Shown: positions 27,401 through 39,400 of the stretch, one piece after another
Layout of the letters: every line of letters begins with the position of its first letter
Numbering within the stretch: the stretch's first letter is position 1
Source of the DNA: Scyliorhinus canicula
Taxonomy: Eukaryota
Length of the DNA stretch: 64,000 nt
Direction of reading: 5' to 3'
NCBI RefSeq assembly: GCF_902713615.1
Contig: NC_052162.1
Span: 18,348,182-18,412,181 of the forward strand
The notes under the pieces: generated by a model
The model's database searches: none
Seen by the model: only the letters and a program-made list of their open reading frames with translations
What the model was told of the DNA's origin: nothing
Program-made: the position numbers and the translations under genes

Positions 27401-30400
27401 TAACCAAGACTCAAAAAGAAAAATTAATGCAAAGCTCTTACATCCAATTAACCTGCCCCTTCACTGGGAGAAAAATCTTTATCCTCTAAATCTGCTTCCG
27501 AGAAACTGGTGGCATAAAAAAATTAATTGCATTGACAATAGGGCCCTTACAAACAGTGCGGTTTAGGACCTACAACTGTGGAATAGCAACTTGTATCTTT
27601 CTGTACCCATTTAAAGCAGCAAGACTGAACCTGTATCCCAAGGTAGTGTACAAGAAATGGCTTCAAGATGTTGTATCGTTCTACCCTCAGCAGCAGTTTA
27701 ATTGTCGTTATGCTTTTTAAAACAATCCAAAATATCAGTTTCAAAGAAAAACAGCTAAATTCCAGTATTTTTGGTTGTTAATCCTTTCTGTTGGACTTTT
27801 CGCAGGTTTGTTTACTTGGGACTGATTTGTGCAATCCCTGGCTCATCCGGATTAGTTTATGTCAGTCTAGTTTAATGGTCAGAGCATTAACAATTAGCCC
27901 CAGTGCCTCTGGATTAGGCATCACCAGTGCTTGGTGCTCAAGATTGCTGGAAGCACTTTTTCACCCGGAAAAAGAATGAGCTCATTTCCGATTTCCACCA
28001 CCTCCCCAAACAGTTAAATAGTTTCTCAGGTCTCATTAAAAGCCCATGCTTTTCACACAGGAAGGAACTACCTCTGAGCCACAGTATATCAAAAAAATAT
28101 TCATAATATTCAAGAATATTTTCCCTGTTCCCTGCCCAATAAGTGGTACTAATGCGGTAAAAAATGTAAACTTCAAAAGTGTCAGAATTGTAATGATAAC
28201 ATCATAGGAGCTGGTTTAGCTCACTCAGCTAAATCGCTGGCTTTTAAAGCAGACCAAGCAGGCCAGCAGCACTGTTCGATTCCCGTACCAGCCTCCCCGG
28301 ACAGGCGCCGGAATGTGGCGACTAGGGGCTTTTCACAGTTACTTCATTGAAGCCTACTCGTGACAATAAGCAATTTTCATTTTTTCCATTTCATTAACAC
28401 AGTAACAATAAAGGGACCAGAACTTCAACTACTGGCAATTTGGCTTCCTCAAACAGACAGAACAAATACAGCAACTCTTTTAATGCAGCTTCCTTTAGTT
28501 AAGAAAAGGGCAGCCCATATAACAGATTTAAGGGCAGCACTTATTGCCCTTAGTGTTGGGTGGAGTTACTGGGTTATGGGATAGGGTGGAGGTGTTGACC
28601 TTGGGTAGGATGCTCTTTCCAAGAACCGGTGCAGACTCGATGGACCGAATGGCCTCCTTCTGCACTGTAAATTCTATGATTTCTCTCCAATTACCAGAAA
28701 TACTGGTCCTATACTGGCACCCTGTGTTGTGCGAGGAGGCTTGTAACCCCCACGTTGCACAAAATGCATTGTCTAGTCATCTAGCTAAAGAAAGCAAAAG
28801 TCATGGCTACTTAACATTGGCATGTTAAAGCATCACAGACCTCTGGGACTGAAGTCGGAATAGATTATTTGTTATCTGCAGCCTAAAGATCAACTAGAAT
28901 TATGCCAGTTTTAAACATCTTAGGAGAACCAACAGGAATTATTCCGCAGCTGTTTCCCATCTAAGACTCCAGTGTTTCCTTAAATTATGGGAATTAACTG
29001 GCGAGTTGTACAGGCGGTTAAAATGAATGTGTTGCCGCGATTTCTGTTTATTTTTCAATGCCTACCGATTTTCCTGCCAAAGGCTTTTTTCAGAGAGATT
29101 GAGGGAAGGATTACCTCATTCATATGGCGAGGGAAGGTGGCCAGAGTGAGAAAGGTGCTGCTACAGAGGGAAAGGCAGGCAGAGGGTTTGGGTCTCCTGA
29201 ACCTGATGTACTACTACTGGGCGGCAAATGTGGAGAAGGTGCGGAGCTGGGTCAGAGGGGTTGATTCCTAGTGGGTCAGAATGGAGGAGAGTTTGTGCAG
29301 GGGGTCGGGACTGAAAGCACTAGCAACAGCACCGCTCCCGATAGCTCCAGGGAAATACTCAGGGAGTCCGGTAGTAATAGCCTCATTGAGAATTTGGAGG
29401 CAGTTTCGCCAACACTTCGGGTTGGGGGCAGGGTCAAGGGAAATGCTGATTCAGAGGAAGCACAGATTTGAGCCAGGGAGGTGGGATGGAAATTTCTGGA
29501 AATGGGAAGAGAAGGGGATTAAGATGCTAAAGGATTTGTTTATTAGGAGTCAGTTTGCAGGACTGAAGGAGCTGGAAGAGAAGTATGGGCTGGAATTGGG
29601 GGGGGGGGGGGGGGGGGGGGGGGTACATGCAGGTTCGAGATTTTGCCACAAAGGAGATACAGAGCTCCGGAGAGTAAATGCCTCCACCTCGTGTGGGAGG
29701 TTGGGGCTGATACAGCTGAAGGTGGTATACAGAGCACACCTCACGAGTGCGAGGATGAGCCGATTCTTTGAAGGAGTAGAAGATGTGTGTGAACGTTGCG
29801 GAGGTGGGGGGGGGGGCTAATCACGTTCATATGTTTCGGTCCTGTCCAAAGATAGAGGATTACTGGAAGGAGGTTTTTAGAGTAATTTCCAAGGTGGTTC
29901 ACGTGAAACTAGACCCGGGTCCCCGGGAGGCTATAGTCGGTGTGTCGGATCAGCCAGGGTTGGAAACGGGTGCGGAGGCCTCGTTGATCGCCCAAAGGCG
30001 GATCCTGTTGGGATGGTGAGCAGCCTCTCCACCCTGTGCCCTGGCATGGCGGGGGGACCTGTTGGAATTCTTGACTCTTGAGAAGGTTAAGTTTGAACTG
30101 AGGGGAAGGACGGAGGCGTTCTACAAGTCATGGGCATTATTCATTATGCATTTTCAAGAACTGGATAACAACGAACATTAGTTTGGGGGGGGGGGGCTGT
30201 GTGTACTAAGGGTGACTATGGGTGATTCCCGATTCCTTTTTGTCATTTGTTTATGTAAACATGCGGGCTAATGTTTGGGGGTTGGTGGGAGGATGGGATC
30301 GTTGTTATTGATATGAGGATTGACATTATATTCGGTACTCATTATTGTTTATTGTTGGTGGGTGAGAATTTGGGAGAAAATGTGAAAATGGAGAATAAAA

Positions 30401-33400
30401 ATATATATTTTTTAAATTATGGGAATTAAAAATTAGTTAAACAAAATATTTAGTAATAGATTGAAAGAACGGGCATGATTTTGAATGCTGTTTTTAACTC
30501 CGCAAAGTTGCCTAATTTCTTGATGCAGGTCTCCAACCAGTGGATTGGATGCAGGAAACATATACTGACCTAGGATTTTAAATATTATACCAAGTCATAA
30601 CTACTGCTAAAGAACCTCTTCATTTATGTGGTTTTTGTCCATTATGATATAAATATAATTTAGTAAAATACATTAATTTAAACTTTATTTAATATTTCAG
30701 CTTTTTAAAAAAAATTTAGTGTACAAATTAATTTCTTCCAATTAAGGGGTAATTTAGCGTGGCCAATCCACCTACCCTGCACATCTTTGGGTTGTGGGGG
30801 CCAAACCCACGCAGACACGGGGAGAATGTGCAAACTCCACATGGACAGTGACCCAGAGCCGGGATCAAACCTGGGACCTGGGCGCCGTGAGGCAGCAGGG
30901 CTAACCCACTGCGCCACCGTGCTACCCCTGACCTCCTCACTTAACATTCCGCGAGAAAGTCAAGGAACGGTTGCCACCGCCTGGAGAATCCCAGCAAGGA
31001 CCATCGCAAGGCAAACTTTATCCTCTCCAAACTTAGAAACCCAGCCATGTCACGAACCCAAGTCTTCACACTTGAGGGTTTTGCATCCCTCCACATTAAC
31101 AAGATTCGTCTCCAGGCTACCAAGGAGGCAAAGGCCAGGACTCCGGCCTCTTTTGGCTCCTGCACTCCCGGATCTTCTGACACCCTAAATATCGCTATCC
31201 CCAGACTCGGCTTAACCAGTGTCCAAGACCTTGGACAGAAGGCTCGCCAGAATTTTTTTAAACGCCGGGCATGCCCAAAACATATGGACATGCTTTGCTG
31301 GGCTCCCTGAACACCTCATACAGCTGTCCTCCACCCCAAAGAACTTGCTCATTCTTGCCACTGTCATGTGCACCCGGTGGACCACCTTAAACTGAATCAA
31401 GCTAAGCCTGGCACAAGATGAGGAGGAATTGACTCTGCCCAGGCCCTCACCCAGCTCCTCCTCCCACTTGCCCTTCAGCTCCTCCGCCGAGGCCTCCTGC
31501 AGCTCCTGGTATATGTCGGATACCTTTCCGTCTCCTACCCACATGCCCGAGACCACCCTGTCCTGTATCCTGCGGGAAGGCAGCAGCGGAAATTCCACCA
31601 CCTGCTTCTTCAAGAAAGCGCGGACTTGCAGGTACCCAAAAGTATTCCCCGGGGCAAACTGAATTTCTCCTCCAGCGCCTTCAAGCTAGAGAAAGTCCCA
31701 CCTATAAACAAGTCCCCCATTCTTTTGATACCTGCTCTGTGCCAGCTTAGAAACCCTCCATCTATTCTATCCGGGACGAACCTGTGGTTGTTTCGTATCG
31801 GGGTCCAGACTGAGGCCCCTACCTCCCCCCTGTGCCTTCTCCACTGACGGCAGATCCTCAGTGCCGCCATCACCACCGGGCTTGTGGTGTACTGTGCCAG
31901 CGAGAGCGGCACCAGTGTCCCCAAGCTGGTATCCCTGCAAGACGCCGCCTCCAGCCGCCCCCCCGCCACTATCCGAATCATGGATATGTTCGCTGCCAAT
32001 ACTGCGACTGCGCTCTTAGAAGTCTTTTAACTCGCGGGGTCTTGTTTGCCCACATAAATCCCCTGATAATCCTGTTCACCCGCTTGAAATAGGACTTGGG
32101 ATGAGGATGGGAAGGCACTGGAAGACGAACAAGAACCTGGGGAGGACCGTCATCTTCACGGACTAGGGGCAGCATGGTGGCTCAGTGGTTAGCATTGCTG
32201 CCTACGGCGCTGAGGACCCGGGTTCGAATCCCGGCCCTGGGTCACTGTCTGTGTGGAGTTTGCACATTCTCCCCGTGTCTGCGTGGGTTTCACCCCCACA
32301 ACCCAAAGATGTGCAGGATAGGTAGATTGAACACTCTAAATTGCCCCTTAATTGGAAAAAATAATTGGGTACTCTAAATTTATAAAAAAAAATCTTCACG
32401 GACTGCACCCTGCCCGCCAAAGAAAGCGGGAGCATGTCCCACCTCTAAAGTCCTCCTCCATCTGATCCACAAGCCGAGTTAGGTTGAGCTTGTGCAGGGC
32501 ATCCCAACTCTTAGTCATCCGTATGCCCAAACAGCGAAAGCTCCTCTCCACCATCTTGAGCGGGAGCTCTCCCAGTCTCTTTTCCTGGCCCCTCGCATGA
32601 ATCACAAAAAGCTCGCTTTTCCCAACATTCAACTCATACCCCGAGAAATCCCCGAAATCTTTTAGGATCTGCATGACCTCCCCCATCCCCTCCACCGGAT
32701 CTGAAATATACAGGAGCAGGTCATCCACGTACAGTGAAATACGATGCTCCTCCCCTCCCCGAACCAGCCCCCTCCAGTTTCTAGACATCCTCAGCACCAT
32801 GGCCAACGGCTCGATTGCCAGGGCAAACAGCAGGGGGGGACAGGGGGTACCCCTGCCTCGTTCCTTGATGCAGCCTAAAGTACTCCGACCGCAGACGGTT
32901 TGTGGACACACTCGCTACGGGCCTGATACAGTAATTTGACCCACCCTATGAATTCCTGGTCCAAGAATTGCTTCATCCCTTCCCTCCCCTCCGGGGGTTC
33001 TGACTCATACAATTTACCATAGAAATCCTTGAAGACCTCATTGATCCTTTCCGAGCTCAGCACCGTGTTACACCCCCCCCCCCCTAATTCCCCCAATTTC
33101 CCTGGCCGCCTCTCTCTTCTGTAGTTGATGCGCCAGCATCCTACTTTCCCTCTTCCCATACTCGTACACCGCTCCTTGTAACTTCCTCAACTGAGCCTCT
33201 GCTTTCCCTGTGGTAAGCAAGTCAAATTCTGCCTGCAGGCGTGAGGCAACAATGCTAACCACTGCACCACCGTGCTGCCCTGATATTTCAGCTTTTAATG
33301 TGTACATCCAAGAGTTTATTTCCTTTACAACAAAGATTTAAAAATACGTTTTATTTATAAAAACATAAATTTAGACTATACAATTCTTTTTCTTCCCCAG

Positions 33401-36400
33401 TTAAGGGGCAATTTAGCGTGGCCAATCTTTCTACCCTGCACATCTTTAGGTTTGTGTGGGGCGAGACCCACGCAGGCACGGGGAGAATGTGCAAACACCA
33501 CACAGACAGTGATCCGGGGCCGGGACCGAACCCGGGTCCCAGGCACCATGAGGCAGCAGTGCTTACCACTGCGCCACCGTGCTGCCCTTAATTTACAACA
33601 AGGATAATTAATGCATTTTACTTCCTGGTTTCCAGTCTGAGAAATTTCCTGCTTTTGATTGGATGCTTACACTTTTTTTTAGTGTACCCAATTCATTTTT
33701 TTCCAATTAAGGGGCAATTTAGCATGGCCAATCCACTAACCTGCACATTTTTAGGTTGTGGGAGCGAAACCCACACAAACACAGGGAGAATGTGCAAATT
33801 CCACACGGACAGTGACCCAGAACCGGGATCAAACCTGGGACATCGGTGCCATGAGGCAGCAATGAAAAAAATGAAATTAAAATCACTTGTCACAAAATAG
33901 GCTTCAAATGAAGTTACTGAAAAGCCCCTGGTCGCCACATTCCTGCACCTGTTCGGGGAGGCTAGTACGGGAATTGAATCGTGCTGCTGGCCTGCCTTGG
34001 TCTGCTTTAAAAGCCAGCTCTTTAGCTAAACCAGCCCCAGTCCTGCCAATGCTAACCACTATGCCACCGTGCTGCCCCTGGATGCTTACACTTCTTCATG
34101 TTTCTGGACATCATGTGCTCTACCTGACTTGGTGCCAGATTTAAAATTAGGGGGAAGGCAAACATATTGCATGAAGATTTCTAAATGTTTGTGGGCAGCT
34201 CTGTCCTGAAGATAAGTGGCCAGAACCATGGTTTTACTGCTGACTGAAAAATCCAGACATTCACTAAATGCATTTTCTATGGGGTGACAGGACAATCGTG
34301 ACAAACAAACGGGTAGTTCACATCCTGTCCTAGCTGAAGGCATTGTAAAGTAGAACCAAAATGGTATAGACTTGACACGAAAATTACAGTTTACAACAAG
34401 ATGTGTACATTGTAATAAATAGTATAGGTTCTCCATACCATCACTAAAATGTATATGGTCCGTGCCATCTTCAACAGCTCCCACTTTTACATCTTTTTTC
34501 TTGCTCTTCTTTTTTGGAATTTTCTGAAAAGGGGCAAATTCTACAATAGCAGGGTACTCCTGACCTATTGGTTGGACGAGAGACAAACACAGGGAGAAAA
34601 AAATAAATGGGCTCTTACAATTAAGCCTTCTTTCAACAAAATGTGTTTCCGTCATCCTAAATTGATAAACAAATAGGATTCAAATGTTAATGCTTCCTGT
34701 TTACATTCATTAGACAGACTATGCAATGATTTTAGTTAGTAAATAAGGATAAGGATACATCCTGGGGATTATCACTGACCAGGAACTGCACCAGCCATAT
34801 AAACACTGTGGCTGCAAGATTTGGTCAGAGGCTGGGTATACTCACCTCTTGACTCCCCAAAGCCTATCCACCACCTACATGGCACAAGTCAGGAGTGTAA
34901 TGGAATACTCTCCACTTGCCAGGATGTGTGCAGCTCCAATAATACTCAAGAAGCTCAACACCATCCAGGACAAAGCAACCCACTTGATTCACAAAGATTC
35001 ATTCCCTCCACCACCGATGTACAGGCAGCAGTGCGCAGCATCTACAATATGCACTGCAGGAATGCACTAAGGCTCCTTCGGCAGCACCTTCCAAACCCAC
35101 CGCTACCATTTGGAAGGACAAGGTGAGCAATTATAAGGGAACACTCTGTTCCCGTCCAAGCCAATCACCACCCGGACTTGGAAATATATCATCGTTCCTT
35201 CACTGTCGCTCGGGCAAAATCGTGGAAATCCCTTCCTAACAGCACTGTCGGTGAACCGGCACCACATGTACCGCAGTAGTTCAAGAAGGCAGCTCACCAC
35301 CACCTTCTCAGGGGCAATTAGGGATGGGCAATAAATGCTGGCCTAGCCAACAAAACACATCCCATGAACGAGATAAATGAATTTTTAAAAATTAAGGTAG
35401 GAGTACATTATGCCTGCTTGGTATTCTTTTTACTGAGTGAAGTAATACGAACTAACATCTGCCCCACGGGAATCAAATTCCTTTCAAATGTGCTGCAAGT
35501 TCAGTTATGGAGCACTAACAGTAAAATATTGTTTATAGTATCAAATAATATTAAAAGGTTCCTTTTAAAAATTAAATTGACTACGAGTCTGGCAGGATTG
35601 ATTTCTATTTGTTGTGCAGCTCCATTCTCTGCTGTGTTCAACATCTGCTGACGGAAATAAAGTAAAAGTAACATAATAAATTGTGATCAATACAAAATAA
35701 AAATAAAAAATTATTTAGAGTATCCAATTATAGGGCAATTTAGCGTGACCAATCCACCTACCTTGCACATCTTATGGGTTGTGGGGGTGAGACCCACGCA
35801 GACACTGGGAGAATGTGCAAACTCCACATGGACAGTGGCTCAGGGTTGGGATCGAACTCAGGACCTCGGCACCGTGAGGCAGCAGTGCTAACTGTTCGGG
35901 GCAGCACAGTAGCACAGTGGTTAGCACAGTTACTTCACAGCTCCAGGGTCTCAGGTTCAATTATTGTCTGTGCAGAGTCTGCACGTTCTCCCAGTGTCTG
36001 CGTGGGTTTCCTCCGGGTGTCCAGTTTGCTCCCACAGTCCAAAGATATGTGGGTTAGGAGGATTGGCCATGATAAATTGCTCTTAGTGTCCAATAAGGTT
36101 AAGTGGGGTTACTGGGATAGGGTGGATGTGTGGGCTTAAGTGGGGTGCTTTTCCAAGGGCTGGTGCAGACTTGATGGGCCAATTGGCTCCTTCTGTACTG
36201 TAAATTCTATGATAACCACTGCGCCACCCTGCAGCCCACGTGATCAATACAATTTTATTTTTAAATCGCATTACTTTACACAACAGTTGCTCATAACTTA
36301 AAAAAAACAGGGCATCATTTAAAAACATATTCTGACTTTTTACGGCAACCCTGCAAAGGGAAACTTTTTATTCTATTAGGATGCTTTCAAAGCATAGCAA

Positions 36401-39400
36401 ATATGATCACAGCAGTGCTAATCACTGCATAATTATTAGATATACATCTATTATATACTACAGGGGGAAATGTCAACAACAATTATTCCTTTAAGCAATA
36501 AAAATATTAAAAAGAATCACTCAACATTCCCTCTCCATCTGTTTTGTCGAAATGGTAAAAGTTTCTTTAGTATGGAGTTTCTTTCCACATCCCCATTCTT
36601 GTCAAAAGATATACGAAAGAAAAATGTTAAACACCCAGATCAGATGGATACACGCAATTCCTCACAATATATATTTCAAAATGCATGTTTGGAGGTATTT
36701 AGTAGAACCTGAAGGAGGAACGCATACGAGAAGATGTCAGCATGCTCACTGATGTACAGAGTTAAAAATACCATACCTTTGCTGTCAATGAAAACGTAGC
36801 CATCAAACTGATCTCTGAAGAGGACAATGTCCTCTTGGTTTTTAAAGTTGATATATGCTCTAGAAAATATGTGCGGGAATAAACTGTGGAAAAATAAGAG
36901 ATTTTAAGGTAAGATTTAAATTGAAAAGGAGCAATGAACTGATTATTTTGTAGGAATGTATTTCAGATTTCCAGCATCCACAGTATATTTTGCTTTTGAT
37001 TTCGTGCCCAAGCTGTACAAGATGGACTCAGTCGTCCGGAGAGCATGCTTGATGACAATATCCAGGTCTGGATGACAAGTGGCAAGTTACATTCGCGCCA
37101 CACAAATGCTAGGCGATGACCACCTCCTACAAACAAAAATCTAACCATCACCCCATGACATTCAATGGCATTACCAGCGCTGAATCCCCCACAATCAACA
37201 TCCTGGGCGTTACCATCAAACAGAAACTGAATGGGACTAGCCATATTAATACTGTGGCTCGTGTAACTCACCTTCTGACTACACCAAAGCCTGTCCACCA
37301 TCTACAAGGCACAAGTCAGGAGTGTAATGGAATACTCTCCACTTGCAGCTCCAACAAACACTCAAGAAGATCAACACCAGCCAGGACAAAGTAGCCCGTT
37401 TGATTGCTCCCCATTCCACAAACTTTCAATACCTCCACCGACGAACAGTGGCAGCCATGTGTACAATCTACAAGATGCACTGCAGTAACTCACCAACTGA
37501 AGGGAATCAGCTATTTCTGATAGGTGAAAGGCCATTTTAAAGTAAATATTAAGGCCCAGTCTTTAATACCCATTTTTAAATAAGGATTTCAGTATTCATA
37601 ACCTCAGGTCATGACAAAAACAATTTAAACAGAGCTACAAAGCTTGACACATCCACAAACTAGTTGAAGATAGGGGCAACATTTCTACTGACAATGTGAA
37701 CTGACTTATTGTTCTAACGAACAGATTTCATATTAAGAAATGAGCTGTACGTAATCAGATCAAGGTTAAAATAAGCACCATAGCAATATGAAGCCACTAT
37801 TGTTCAGAATATGAATTAAATGGAAGTCAGCAGAAAACCAGTAAGAACCAGACACGATTACAGCACAAAATCACATTCCATAGCACACACACAAATATTC
37901 AAACATGAAACATTTAAAACTTATTTTGCACATTGAGGATTGACAGTTAACTATCCAATCAAATGAATTTGAAACTCACCCAAACCAATTAGGACGACAT
38001 AGAGGTATGGACAGATGGCCTCAGACTGATAACATTTTCCTTAAATATGAGAGTTCGGACAGCCATTTTCTATCCAGGATCACTCATCCTTTGATCTAAC
38101 TACTTGCTATCCTTATTTTCGTATTTTCACTCTAACTCTTGAAGTTTGCGCAAGCTGTTTTTCTTTAAGCAAGAAACCATTTCTGTATTATTTTTGAACG
38201 TTAAAATTGTTTCATAAATTACTTCTCCAAAGTCTTTTGCTGGCAAGGTTTTATTGAGACTTTATTTAAGGTTCTCTCAATTGTAATCAGCGGATGCAAT
38301 AAAAGATTCTTACTTCGCATCCGAGAAGCGTAACTCAAATTTCTACCGAGTTTTAAAGTATATGCGAGACTCCACTTGAACCATGTGGCAGATGTCTACA
38401 CCAAGGTTCATTAGACAGCACCTTCCAAACACACGACCACTGCTATCTAAAAGGACAAGATGTGGAGATGCCGGCGTTGGACTGGGGTGAGCACAGTAAG
38501 AAGTCTTACAACACCAGGTTAAAGTCCAACAGGACTTGAAACAAACCTGTTGGACTTTAACCTGGTGTTGTAAGACTTCTTACTAAAAGGACAAGAGCAG
38601 CAGATACCTGGGAACCCCACCACCCGAGGTTCCCCTCCAAGTTTGGAAATATATCACCGCTCCTTCACTGTCACTGGGGCAAAATCCTGGCACTCCCTCC
38701 CCAACAGCACAGTGGGTGTCCCTACACTTCAAGTACTGCAGCGGTTCAAGACGACAACTCACTACCACCTGCTGAATGGCAACCAGGGATGGGCAATAAA
38801 CGCTAACCAGTGACGCCTACATGCCGTAAATCTCTCAGTGGCGTTCCAAGATTTCATCAGCTGCCAACCCTATGAATATTGCACTACCTTAGTACTTGAC
38901 CAATACCACGGGAGGTTGAGGCCATCAACGCAAATAAAAAGAGTTCAGGGAAACAAAGGACAACCCCATCTGATTTTGAAGGCAGTTTGATCATGTGGCC
39001 CTTGTGATTTTTAGAAAACGATTTGACACAATTCTGTTCGAAAAACTACTTACCTTGAATTGGTAGAAAAAAATTCAAAGTAATCATGCTCAGGCAATGG
39101 GGCAAGTTGCTCTTCTAACTGTTCTTTTGTTAGACTGGGAGGCAACCGACGGATCACCACCTAATGGGGTAAAGGCAGTTAAAATATATATCAGCTACTG
39201 CTTTAAAAAATACATACAATGCTAATGTTAGAAAATTTTCAAATGGCTTTAATTTTAGGAGTAGATTGCTCCAATTAGACATCCAGTGAACTACTTTGTC
39301 TGTGAAAATTCAACCTACATAAACAGAAGAGCAAACAATATGATTATTGCAGTTGTGTATCTAGTGTGATAAGTTCTCTAAAGAGAGACATGTTGCCAAA

